The notes below the pieces were generated by a model, which saw nothing but the letters and a program-made list of their open reading frames with translations, searched no databases and was not told the origin of the DNA. Shown piece by piece: positions 26,322-44,100 of a DNA stretch of 64,000 nt. Positions within the stretch are counted from its first letter, which is position 1, and each line of letters starts with the position of its first letter. The position numbers and the translations under genes are program-made. Source of the stretch: Ministeria vibrans ATCC 50519. Lineage: Eukaryota; Protista; Filasterea. The stretch is taken from contig CALSCP010002159.1 in assembly GCA_943704425.1 (NCBI GenBank), positions 87,815-151,814 on the forward strand, given 5' to 3'.

Positions 26322-28204
26322 ATGACGTCGGTATCATCTGAGAAGGCACAAGACTATCAGACGGGTCGCAAAGGCAGTTTTCGCGGAGTCTTCAGAAGCA
26401 GTTCACGAGGTGCAGCCGGTATGGTCTGTACAGTTCAAAGCACTACTCAAACGCGTGCATGCACTGTCCCTTGCATGGCTGTTTTGCTTTAATTTCAGCA
26501 AGACTGACAAAGCTTTTTCTTTCTTACCCCGTTTTAGATGAACAAGAACCGCATACGAAATTGGTGAAGCGCGCGTCGACCATTCAACCGCGGCAGTCAA
26601 GCATCATCCAACTGGACTCGGTACCGGCCGATCCCAGCGTGTTGCCACCGTCGGTACCGCTCACACGGTGTGCAAGTGCCGACTTTTACGGGACAACAGA
26701 CTCTCTTGCCCTCCCTGAGCTGCCACTCAATGTCGGTCGTGCAAGTCCCATTTCAAGGGGTGGCTCTGTCTCGCCGAGCTACGCCAACAAGGCACTGAGT
26801 CGTCGCTCGAGTCTCATTACACTCAGTGCAACCGCCGGCTTGGACGGCACCGAAGCTCAGGTGCCGTACGTCGAGTTGCCTGACCGCACCCATGATCCCA
26901 TCATTCCCGCTCTGGCAGAAGTAAGATCGTCAACTTAAACAAGAAGGAAAAAATGATTGTAATTATTATTATTAAATTGTAGCCTGGCCCGGCGGGATAC
27001 AGAACGGAACAGCGGCGAGCGTCGGTGGAGCGTCGCACGTCGGCCGAGAATTCGAACGGCAGCACAGCCTCAGATTGGGCAAAGAAACGACGAAGTTCCA
27101 TCAACACTGCGATCAAGTGTACGAAATATTGAGTTTATGGTCGCCTTTGATCATGATAATTATATATGATGAGCTTTTAGTCGCCACCAATATAATTATT
27201 ATCAATATTAATGTTAATAATTAATAATGATAATAATATTATTATTATATTTTTATGTAGATACTGGCGTGTCCTATACGAGCGAATCACCAGCGGTAGT
27301 GAGCCTGCCGCCATTGGGGGGCTCTCAAGCACAACAAGGCGCAACCACTGCACGCACTTCGGTGTCGTCGACGACAAAGCGAGGCTCGATCGAGGCGGAT
27401 ACGATGTTTGACGGCCATGGCAGCGATGGAGTGGCGTGGGAGCGGCCACGCGCCAACTCGATTCATCGGGCGTCAACAACACAGGCCCGCGAGGAGGAGC
27501 GAGCACGGGAGCAGCGACAGCGCACGAAGATTGGCAACACGCCGCACATGGTGACGACACGGGTGCAGACAGACGAGTGGACAGACCCGGCCGAGGTGCA
27601 CCCGGTGCTCATGGCCGCTGGCGAGATGTACGACGCAAGCGAAGTGCACCCATCGCTGGCACTGTACGCGAGCAAGTGGACACAGACGATTGACGTGCGC
27701 ACCACCAACCCGACCGACGTCGACCCGATGATTCAGTGGCCGCCAGAGAGAGCAGGGGCAGGAGCACCCATGGTGATGATGGCGCCGTATGGGCTGGTAC
27801 AGCAGTCAGACGGATCTATGCAGGTGGTCATGCTGGGTGGTCATGGTGGAGGAGGAGGAGTCGACGACGTCGATGGGGGGTATGTGGATGTGGACTCGGA
27901 CTCGGACGCGCGAGGACACATTGCAAATGCTCTGACAGTGCCGCAGCCCATTGAGAAGTTGAAACGACGTAAGACGTGGCAGGAGAAGGACAATCAAAAG
28001 CGGCACAAATCGCTTAAGAAGAAGAAGTCCAAGAAGAAGAGCGATAAGACGAAGAAAAAGGGGACGAAGACTAAGAAGGTCAAGGGGAAGCCACGCTATA
28101 TGGACTTTCGCAAGAAGGAGAGCGCGGAGCGCAGTGAGAAGAAGGAGTATGAGAAGGTGAAGAAGGCAACTGACGCTCGCATCAAAAAGGCTTTGGGCAA
28201 GTAA
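26322..28204 (+). CDS. Hypothetical protein, largely disordered, Ser-rich with Lys-rich basic C-terminus; 4 exons
   Basis: ATG 26322 MTSVSSEKAQDYQTGRKGSFRG... GT-AG exons join to ORFs 26459-26938 and 27227-28204. Tail KRHKSLKKKKSKKKSDKTKKKG... and three short D(P/A)(A/S/T)(E/D)V(H/D)P repeats. Confidence 0.6.
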
Positions 28205-28282
28205 ACCTGATGATTTGTTCATCTCAATTCTTATTATGAGTTTAAGGGTTGAGTGTATGGATTGTAGAATTGTATTCTTCTG

Positions 28283-33537
<5,255 letters not shown>

Positions 33538-34112
33538 AGCACCTACAGGGAGAGAGAGACGAGGAGAGACGAAGAGAGAACGATTTTCAAAAAAAGTTGA
33601 GAGGAAGAGCCATGATGGCGAAAGGGATGACGCCATGCGCATGGGTGACGCACAGGACAAGGACAAAGGCGTTGGGAAACGAAACGGGGAAGAGCGCCGG
33701 GTGTGAGAGAGAGCGAGAGAGAGAGAGAGAGAGAGGAGAGAAATGCAAAGGAGAAAGTGTCAGATTGTGACTTCATGACACGTCTTACCCGAAAACGCGG
33801 CATTGCCGTCTTTGGACAAGGCCAGCTTTCCAACAGAAGGGGAGGTGCTTACTACCAGGGGCATATCGGCATCAATCGATTAAAATGAAATTGAGTAGTG
33901 ATAAATGATAATCTTTTGTGTGATTTTTGTGGTGGTACGTCCATCTCAATTTATTGGAGTCAGTCAGGTACACAAGGTTGCCCGATGACCGGTTGCCCGC
34001 GGTGTGACTGGTGTCGGCGCTCAGTCACTCAGACACTCACTTGGCAGAGTGGTAGACATTTAACAGAAATCGGATCAATTTGAATGACAATAAACTTTCA
34101 TCATAAATATGT

Positions 34113-34215
34113 CGACACAGCACTATGACCTGCCACTGTTCTCCCATGTTACCTCTAGAGTTTCGGTTGAGTTTGCAAGGCGGTCTGGCTGTGTCTTCGC
34201 GTGGTGACTGTATCA
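34113..34215. repeat. Dispersed ~105-bp intergenic repeat, copy 1
   Basis: Aligns by eye at roughly 80% with 52329-52430; shared core ctcccatgt(t/g)acctctagagtttcg(g/t)ttgagt..gcaaggcggtc. Confidence 0.8.
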
Positions 34216-35160
34216 TTAATAAATGGGATGTATTCTTCTTCTTCTTCTAATTTATTATGTGTATGTTTAGTGAAGGGGTTCTGTTAACTCTTTCCACTCG
34301 GAAACGGAACGGCGACGGAATGTGACGCAGAATCGTCCGTCGACATTGCAGGCCTGTGTACATCAGAGCGATCGCGGCGACTCCGCGTCTGAAACAAACA
34401 GACATGACAGCCATGGGGGATCGAACACTTCTGACCATTCGGGGTTGACGGAGGGTTGACGGGCGACGGCGTATTCAGGGAAAATGTCTTGAGGGTGATG
34501 GAAGATTTTCGGAGACGGAAGATCAAAAGATAGACGATCTCCTGGGGAGGACTTCGATGCGAAGAAAGTTCAGCTGGCACAGAGACAAAGATGACACGGC
34601 GTGTGGGAGAAATCGGCAATCGCAAGAGACATGGCAAGCACCAAACCTGATGGCGAGGCGGATGTCGACCTTCGGCAAATTGCATCAGATAGACCGACAG
34701 GTGACGAGGAAGTTGGTCGCCTCGACGCAATACAGTTGGCCTGACATCAAACGGTCTGAAACTGATCAGAGGAATCAGGAGTAAACACAAAGAAAGAGAA
34801 CATGACCCTCTCTGCGGAATTTCTTCGAGCCGCTGCGAGTAGCGGATTTTCAGGAACTATAATAGTTATCGGCCATTTGACATTGATTGACGTTGAAAAA
34901 GCTATCAACATTTTCGTTGCTTGCTTCTCTAATGACTGCCAAGGCTAGCTCCTCGGTCATTCCCAAATTCCAAGTGCAACAAACGAAAATAAAATTTATA
35001 AAAGTAAATAATGTTGTCTTCTTATTCGAAAGCAGTGATGATAAAACTTACAATAGTAAAGTAATTAATATCATTCTTATAATATTATAATTAACACGAC
35101 TAACAGCTAATTAAAAAAATATATATATAAAAATGATTATTGATTATAATTATACCTCCG

Positions 35161-38100
35161 TCACAAAAATGACGAAGAGAGATCCTCTAACTCTGCGCCA
35201 AGCGATCGCACAAGTGAGCCCTTGTCAATCTCCGCCCTCATATACTGCACCAGACGGCAATGCAGCTCGGTGAAAGTGGGCCTCTGGCTTGCATCCTTGT
35301 GCCAGCAACTCAGCATCAGCTGATGGCAGGCGTCAGGACATTCCCGTGGTCGATCCAGTCGCTTCCCTTCACGTAGGGTTTGCGCCAAACTCTGAATCTC
35401 TAGAGACTTGTATGGGCGCACGGTGCCAAAGGTCATCACCTCCCACGCAACCACTCCAAAAGACCACACGTCCGTCTTGATCGAGAACTTGCGGAACTCC
35501 AACGACTCAAGAGCCATCCAACGTACAGGGAGTCTGCTTCGCGTCTTGACGCGGTAGTAGTCATCGTCATCCATCCGGCGTGACAGTCCAAAGTCAGCCA
35601 CCTTGATCACTGAGCCATGGCCAACGAGGCAATTACGAGCAGCCAACTGGCGAAGGAAAGGAAGAAAAAAGAGAGGGGCGAACTAAACTTAGAAAACAAA
35701 CATCATCACCATCACAAGGCTTCTTACATCGCGATGAACGAAAGAGAGAGACGAGATATACTCCATGCCTGAACTGATTTGCATCAACATATTCAACTGC
35801 TCAGCATAGCTCACGTTCAGAGCCGCGCAGGTGACACACAGGCGCAAAAAGTTGCGCAAATCACCGTGAGGACAATGCTATACGCAAATAAGAGGAATAA
35901 GAATAATAATAATAATAATAATTATAACAAAAGTCTTTTCTCATGGGGCTTGGTTTGGTGTGTACCTCAATAATGATGAGATAGGGATCATTGACAACGC
36001 ACACACCCACTAGTCCGAGAATGTTCTCATGATGAAAGGTAGCGAGAAGATGGGCTTCCGACAGGTAGTCTTCGCGCTCCCTTGCCTTCGCCCCATCTTT
36101 CAGCGTCTTCACAGCCACATACTTGGGATTCTTCCCATTCACATCAGTTGCACTTGCCTTGAGCACAACTCCAAATTCTCCTTTGCCGATTTCTTCGATA
36201 AAGGATAGTCGCGTGCGGTCAAAATGAAACGCGTCCACCTTGCTGGGGTCAAGTGGGAAGTTGTAAATGTTGCTTGAAACTGAGTCGGCGTTGTATATCG
36301 CGACCTCAGGAGGTAAGTCAACCCTCACGGTTTTGCGACTGGCTGTACCATACTTGGCAAACTCATCTTCATCCTCGAGAGCACCGTTGCTCTGTCTGAA
36401 AGGATTCATGGCGCGAGAATTCGGGCGCTGACCCCGCGCCGATATTTTGATTGTCTGGTAGATGTTCTCCAAGTCACCGGTGCGTACCTGTCTCTCGTAC
36501 AAGTCATAGTCGTCATAAGCTTCCCCAACGGTCTCATGGCAAACCTGTGGCGCCCGCAACGCGCCATACTCGGCACTAATTGGTCGACGATATTCCTCGA
36601 GATTCACATAGGCTGATTGCGACATGCTGTCAGAGAGAGGAACGTGATTAACATTCTCGTACTGCACAGAGGCTGTCGCGGTGGACGCTGCGACAGATTG
36701 ATAGATATCATCAAGCGCTGGTATGCTATCAGTCGCGTCGTACACGTGAGACCCGCTTGCCGAACCGCCAGGCTGGGACACCAACTCGTCCAATGATGGA
36801 GGCGCCGTACCAAGGGTACCATAAGCTGACGTCTCTTGTGGCCGAGAAACGTTTTTTGCGCTGAGTAGATTGTTGATGTCGTCACTTGAGATACCATACA
36901 AACGGCGAAGATCTTCAATATGCGCCTGCTGCTCTGGGATTTCGGTGAGTACTTCCGCAGAGTAAAAAAATGGCATGGCCTTCTGAGAGAGAGAGCCTTT
37001 CTGGGCCTCTCGCGACTTGTGAGACAGATTCCTTTCGTGAAATGTCACTTTATCTTGCGCGCTGTGTAAAAATGAGAGAACCGAAACTGGTCGTATTGGA
37101 TTAATATCGGCAGTGCGATTCATATCGGCAGTGCTAATCAGTTCGCTCTTGTGCGATTCGATCATCGGTATAGAGATTTGTGATATCGAAACTAAATCGT
37201 GACGAGTCCGCCCGAAACGCTTGCCACGACCACGACGTCGCCACAACACCACAATCACAATCATCAGGAGAATGCCCACGGCAACGGCAACAATTGCTCC
37301 AATGATGGGCAAGCTCGACGACGAGCCCGACGACTGACCACCCGTCCCACCACCTCCGCCGGGCTGATCCGGATCCAACGCTTCGCTGTCCGCCATCACC
37401 GCAAGCGCATAGGTACCCGTCTGTCGTGTCAGGCACGTTACACTCTCGCTGCTGCCAGCAAGGCGCTTCGAGCCTGTCGGTGTCCATGAACCACTCGTCG
37501 CACTCCAGCGCACACAACTGATTGTTTGGCCCCCGGACACACTGCTGACCGTCGTGTTGCTCGTGATGGGCAGTGTCAATTGAATGCCGTACTCATCCAT
37601 GTCGACAGGCACGCCCACTTGTGGGCTAGCAGTGGCACGCAGCGACACATCGTAGTAGTTGGACATAATGGTGCGTGTCGACGCGACCGCCTTGGGATTG
37701 CTCGTGAACACAAGCCAAATGGCGGTCAGGTCACAGCTCGAAGTGGTCGAGCAGCTCGTCACCGACGACACCGTCTCAATGAGTTCATCCGCGTCAAAGA
37801 GAGCACGCGTATTGCACGTGCCCGAGTGCGACAGGGCACACAAACCCGCATAGTCAACAACATTGTTAAAGGGCGACGTTGCATACGCAATGGCGCGTCG
37901 TCGGCCGGTCGCTGAGATCGCAGCAGGTGTCACCGTGCGCACACCCACAAGCAGTTGTGTCATGCCCGCATCCACTACCAGAGACTTCACGCCCGGTGAG
38001 AGAGTAGCGCCCACGCTGGCGCCCACATCAAGCATGCTCGCAATCACGGCACGTGAGGTCGTTGTCATTGTTTTCGACGATGACGACGAAGCACGCGCCA

Positions 38101-41100
38101 ACTGAAGACTCAGTGGTCGCATCAGTTGACCGGCCATGTCCGTGTCAAATGGCGACGCACCGCTCACCTGCCATGTGTCCGCATCCGTCAGACGCGCACG
38201 CGCCAGCTCAATGGCCTGGTACGAGGCATCAAAGGCCGAGTCTGAAATGCACGCAGACGTGTACTCGAGCGCCACGCCCACAAAGGCCGTGAGACGACGC
38301 GAGCTCATTTCGTTCGTACTGATCGACAGCGAGTCCAATATCGCCGTCGAGCCGCTCACCACAATCTTGTTGAGCAACTGCTGCGCGAGATCAACTACAC
38401 TGGTGTGTGCACACGCATCGCTCACCGTCGCGTCCCAGTAGGTGTTCACAGTGGCAAGCGCCGCCACGAATTCGCTCAGGGCCACTTGAACATTGCCCGA
38501 CGAGGCAAGTCGTGTGGTGGAGTTTGCAGCCGCCTCGCTCGCGTACGCTGCTACACTCGCCTCCGCTGCGGCAGCACTCACACCAGTCGACGCCACCATG
38601 TTGTCGGTGCGCACCGTCACGCTCGAGTCTGACACCGCTCGCGAGCCAAATCGATTGGTGATGCGCGCGCGTACCGTCACCGCCGTGCTCGACTGGTCGG
38701 TGGGGCTCGGCAACAGCGAGGTGATGGTCGAGTCCTGTGACTCGCCAGGCAGTGGAATCCACGCATTGCGTGCGCCCACAAATCCAAACGAGAATGAAAG
38801 GGGTGCATTGTCGGGCGAGTCGATCCAGCCGCTCGCCGTCAGCGTCGACTGCGAGAGCAGTGCAAAAACATCGCTGGTCGGCACGGTCACGGAGCCAGTC
38901 GACGGACTGTTGCGTGTCGGCAACGACGTCGACGTAGTCACCGAGCCAATTTTGTCGGTGACCGTGATGGCAATGAGATAGGTGACGCCCGGCGAGACCA
39001 CGTCCGCACGCAAACACAAAGTGGCCATGTCACGCGTGAATCCCGTGCAGTAAATGCTTGAGTCAGTCATGTCGAGTGCGGCAGCGCCCGAGCCCGAGTT
39101 GCTCCACTGTGTCAAAAGCGTAGCCGGAAACGACGACTCGATCTCGGTGTCGACAAACACACGTTTGCTCACGTCCACTTTGCCGTCGGCACCGAGACGC
39201 GGTACCACACTCACAATGGGCAGAGCAAAGGTGCTTGCTGACACAATGTGTGTCGCGCTGGCAGTGCGCGTATCGCGCGATACCTCCACCCGAAATCGAT
39301 AGGAGCGCGGCGAAAAAAGTGAGTCCGGTGGGAGACTCAAAATTGCTTCGTTGCGCACGGGAACGACCGAACTGAAGGAACCCGCCGTCGTGAATGTGTT
39401 GTCACAGTCGATGCAGGTCCAGGCAAAGGCGCAAGGCGCACCGCCCGTGCCGTCGTTGTCGACACACTGCGCCGTCAGAGTGAGCGCAAACTGCGCTCCA
39501 ATCGTAGTGGCGCCAATGATGGAGGCCAGCAGAGGCGTCTGCAACACCTCAAGCTGTTGCTGCGCCGATCCATACACCGTCGAGTCTGTGGCGAGCGTCG
39601 CCACTACAGAAAGTGTGTATGTGGCGGCACGAGCGAGCTCATTCGCACCGATGACAAGCACGGGTGCGGTCGCCGAGGCACCCAGCGGAATCGAGGGCTC
39701 AACAGACCACTGGTACAAAATGGATGAGGCATCGACAATGCCAGTGCAAGACGACGGCAGCACCACCGACACGGAGAAGGAGTTGACAACGGAACGTGAG
39801 ACAGCGGTGTTCGCCTGTGGAAATGTCACGCTTGGCACAACTCGACTTGTCACGTTCATGTGTGTCACCACAGGCAAGCTAGAAGTGCCCAAAAAGTTGG
39901 TCGCCACCAAAGAGATGGCGTAGCTTGTGTCGACCTGAAGCACCGACGCAATGGGTACAGCCGTGAGCGGTGTCAATGCGCTTTGTCCGTCTAGCAGCGT
40001 CTGCAGTGCACCACCATCGTCGGGCATCACACTGGTCACTTGCCACGCCAGTGTGACGGATCGTCCACCACTGCCGCTGTCCACAGCGTACGCCACCGTG
40101 GTGTTCGTATCGCAGGCGCTCACCGTGTCTGGCAGTCCAACAATTCGCACGACGGGCACCAGAGGTGGCACACTCGTGGCGCCGGCAGGCGTGTAGCCAT
40201 CGACAGTGACGGAGCCACTCGCGGCAAACGAATAGGGTGTGCTCGCAAGGAAGAGAACACTTGGGTTGCGTCTGAGCACGAGGGTATCGTCGGGCATCAG
40301 GGTGCTCGTAGTGCTCAACGTGATTTGCATGGTCGACAACGACGACCAGCGACACTTGGCGGTCGCGCCGAGTTGCGTCGCCGCGTCCACAAACACGGCC
40401 GCGCACAGCGCCACAGTCGAGAAAAGACCGCCTTGAACACGCACACCCACGTCGAAGACCACATCAACACGCAAGTAGTCGGGCGAAAACATGGCCGACG
40501 TGAGTGTGGGTGCGGATGCAAGCCAGACAAGTCCAAGTGACAGCGAGGGCGCCGTCACAATGGTGACCGACACTCCATTGAGCGTGAGCGAAAGCGGCCG
40601 TGCCTGAGCCACGCCAATGGCGTCCACTGTGCACTCGAGACGTGTCGACGAGACACGCACCGCCGACGATGACACGATGGCGAAGGCGCCGTCCGACGCG
40701 ACAAATTCACATGCCCAGACGCCAGTCGCGTCAAAGGTGCCATTCAGAACAATGACCACCGAAGTGCCAATGGATGTGACCAAAGGAGTCTGCGAATTGA
40801 CAAACACCGTCACAACGGGCGGTGTGCCGGGTGTCGAAGACGGAGAGGGCGCGACCGTGGGTGCAACGGAAGGACGCGGAACACACGAGGTGCGATCCGT
40901 GCCCAACTCGGTGGTCGGGTCGGGACAGGAGCACACAAAGCCAAAGGGTACATTGGTGCAGGTGCCTTCGCAGCCGGCGTTCGCACACAGGTTGGGCAAG
41001 GCACATGCACTGGCACCGTCCGATGCCAGACCCGATCCCTGATAGCCGGGTGAACACGAGCACAGCACATGACCGTCCGAGTTCGTACACACCTGCGCAC

Positions 41101-44100
41101 ATCCACCATTCGCCGTTTGACACTCGTCCACGTCAACACACACCACCGAACCGGTCCACAAGCCCGAGCTGGCGCAAGTCACGCCCGTGTCGCCAGGCGA
41201 CTGCAACACATAGCCATCGTCGCACGTGGCTGCACACACGTCTTGAAAGACGCCCGTCGAGCAGGCGTACGAGCCGTGGACAAGTGTGGGCACAGTGCCA
41301 CACGATTGACGAGCGCACGAGGCAACGGGAGCGGGCACCAGCAAACCGGTCGCGTCGCATGTGCTTGTCATCGTGGCCACATTGGTCGCGGCAAACACAT
41401 AGCCGCCGGTGCACGTCCAGGTGACCATCTCGCCAAAGGCAAGCGCGATGCCAATCTGCTGCGAGGACGAAGCACCCGTCACAAGCGGTGCGGCTCCGCA
41501 CGAAATAGGCAGACACAAATCACCCGTCGAAAAAGCACCCGTGTGCGAGCAGTTGCGGTCAATAAAGGTCGGGCCGCCCAGCGCGCCGGTCGTCGTGTAG
41601 CCTACGAGACACTCATACACAACCTCGCCCGTAAACGAGATTATATCGTCAGCCTTAGACGAAACGAGACGCGCGTTGCTCTGGAACGGTGGCACACCAC
41701 ATACAATTGCCTCACACAGCGGGACAAACGAGGCAAACGAGCCCGACGATTCGCACGCCACAGAAAAAGTTTTCAAGCCTGTTGACTTGATTTCGTAGCC
41801 CGTGTCACACTCATACTGCACCATGGTGGGATAGATGACGTTTGGGGCACCAGGTGCACTTACAATAGAGGCCAGACCGGCCACGGGAGGTATACCGCAG
41901 CGCACGGCGGTGCACGTCTGAACGCCCGTCAGCTGACCGTTGGTCTGACACGTCGCGTTGAACGTGGTGTGCGTTGCGGTGTAGCCCGCAGCGCACGTGT
42001 AGGTAGTGCGATCATTGAAGAGCAGAGGTGTCGTGCCGGTCGAGATGGCTGCATTGGAAACAACGGTGGCAGCTCCACACGAAATGGGGTTGCAGCTGGC
42101 CGAGGCCGGACCAAAAGTGCCGTCGGCATCGCATGTGCGGTTGAACAGAATGCCGCCGCCGAAAAGACCGCTTGTGGTGTGGTGCAACTCACAGTTGTAC
42201 TCGGCAATGGCCGGGTACGAGACGGGAATCGAAGGAGACAGAGCGGTCGCATGCGATTCGCTGGGTGGCAAACCACACGAGACCGGCACGCAGCCAACCG
42301 TGGAGGCCGACACGGTACCACCGGCGTTGCACGAGCGCGTAAACTCGGCGAGTTCGCCTGCCACACCGGTCGTGGTGTAGCCCGATTCACACGTGTACAC
42401 AACACTCTGACCAAACGAAAAGGTGCCTGAAAGGCTTGCGGTGGCATACTGTTCGGTGGTAATGGCCCCACAGGCTTGCGGCATGCACATGCCCGGGGTC
42501 GAAAAAGTGCCGGACAAGTCACAGTGCACGTCGAAGGAGCGATCGCCCGTCACGCTCGAGTCATTCGAATAGCCCGACAGACACGTGTACGTGACCGTCT
42601 GGCCGGCAGTTTGCACACGCGTGTCCTGTGCCTGCNNNNNNNNNNNNNNNNNNNNNNNNNNNNNNNNNNNNNNNNNNNNNNNNNNNNNNNNNNNNNNNNN
42701 NNNNNNNNNNNNNNNNNNNNNNNNNNNNNNNNNNNNNNNNNNNNNNNNNNNNNNNNNNNNNNNNNNNNNNNNNNNNNNNNNNNNNNNNNNNNNNNNNNNN
42801 NNNNNNNNNNNNNNNNNNNNNNNNNNNNNNNNNNNNNNNNNNNNNNNNNNNNNNNNNNNNNNNNNNNNNNNNNNNNNNNNNNNNNNNNNNNNNNNNNNNN
42901 NNNNNNNNNNNNNNNNNNNNNNNNNNNNNNNNNNNNNNNNNNNNNNNNNNNNNNNNNNNNNNNNNNNNNNNNNNNNNNNNNNNNNNNNNNNNNNNNNNNN
43001 NNNNNNNNNNNNNNNNNNNNNNNNNNNNNNNNNNNNNNNNNNNNNNNNNNNNNNNNNNNNNNNNNNNNNNNNNNNNNNNNNNNNNNNNNNNNNNNNNNNN
43101 NNNNNNNNNNNNNNNNNNNNNNNNNNNNNNNNNNNNNNNNNNNNNNNNNNNNNNNNNNNNNACGTGCAGCCTGAGCCAACCTGCGCACCGGTACAGATCG
43201 AGGTGGAGTCCGACACGGCGGGTACGGAGCCGGGGCATGACACAGTAATGCACGCTTGTACATTGAGAAACTGTCCGTTGGGGCCGCACGTGACGGTAAA
43301 GGAGGTGCGTTCGCTCGACACAAGCGACGGGGTTGGGAGACCGTCGGTGGTGTGACCGGCGGCACACGAGTAGATCGTTGAGTCATTGTAGAATTGAGGG
43401 GTGCCCGTACGACTGGATACTGCGCTCGATATGAGCGGAAGGGAACCACAGAAAATGCGAGTGCACACTTGCAACGGGGTGTACGTGCCGTCGGCCTGGC
43501 ATGTGATGGAAAAAGTGCTGGCACCGTCAACCGTGCCGGTGACAGTGAAGCCTGGGGCACACGTGTACGCCACGTTCTGGTTAAAGGTTACGGCCGTCGT
43601 GCTCCACGATGCGTCTGCAGCCTTTGGTGGCGCACCACACGACACGAGAAGACAAGTCGCCGAGGTGGTGGCAAGCATGCCGTTGGCCTGACACACGCGA
43701 GAGAATGTTCCATCGCCGTTGCCACCGACCAGGGCGTAGCCTGAACGACAAGTGAAGCCAACGAGAGTGCCAAACGACGCGGTACTCGCCCTCATGAGGG
43801 AAGCCACCGACGTCGTGTCGGCAGGCACGGCGCACTGTACCGGCATGCACTCACTGGCGCCCACGTCAAAGGTACCGTCGGTCTGGCAGTTGACAAGAAG
43901 GGGCACCGCATCACCCACAATGCCCGAGATGGTATAGCCTACATTGCAGGTGTAGGTCGCCGTTTGTGGGTACACCAGCAAACTGCTACTCGCTCCGGTG
44001 CTCACGGTGGTGAGGTTAGCGTTGAGCACGACAGGCGCACTCCCACAGACAATGGGCCGACAAAAGGCGCCCGCGTTGGACCAGGATTGGTCACTCTGGC

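Noticed and set aside
34284-34790. 168-aa minus-strand ORF between RSK and the RTK
   Set aside because: Non-ATG start, no recognisable motif, no convincing splice partners; possibly decayed sequence.
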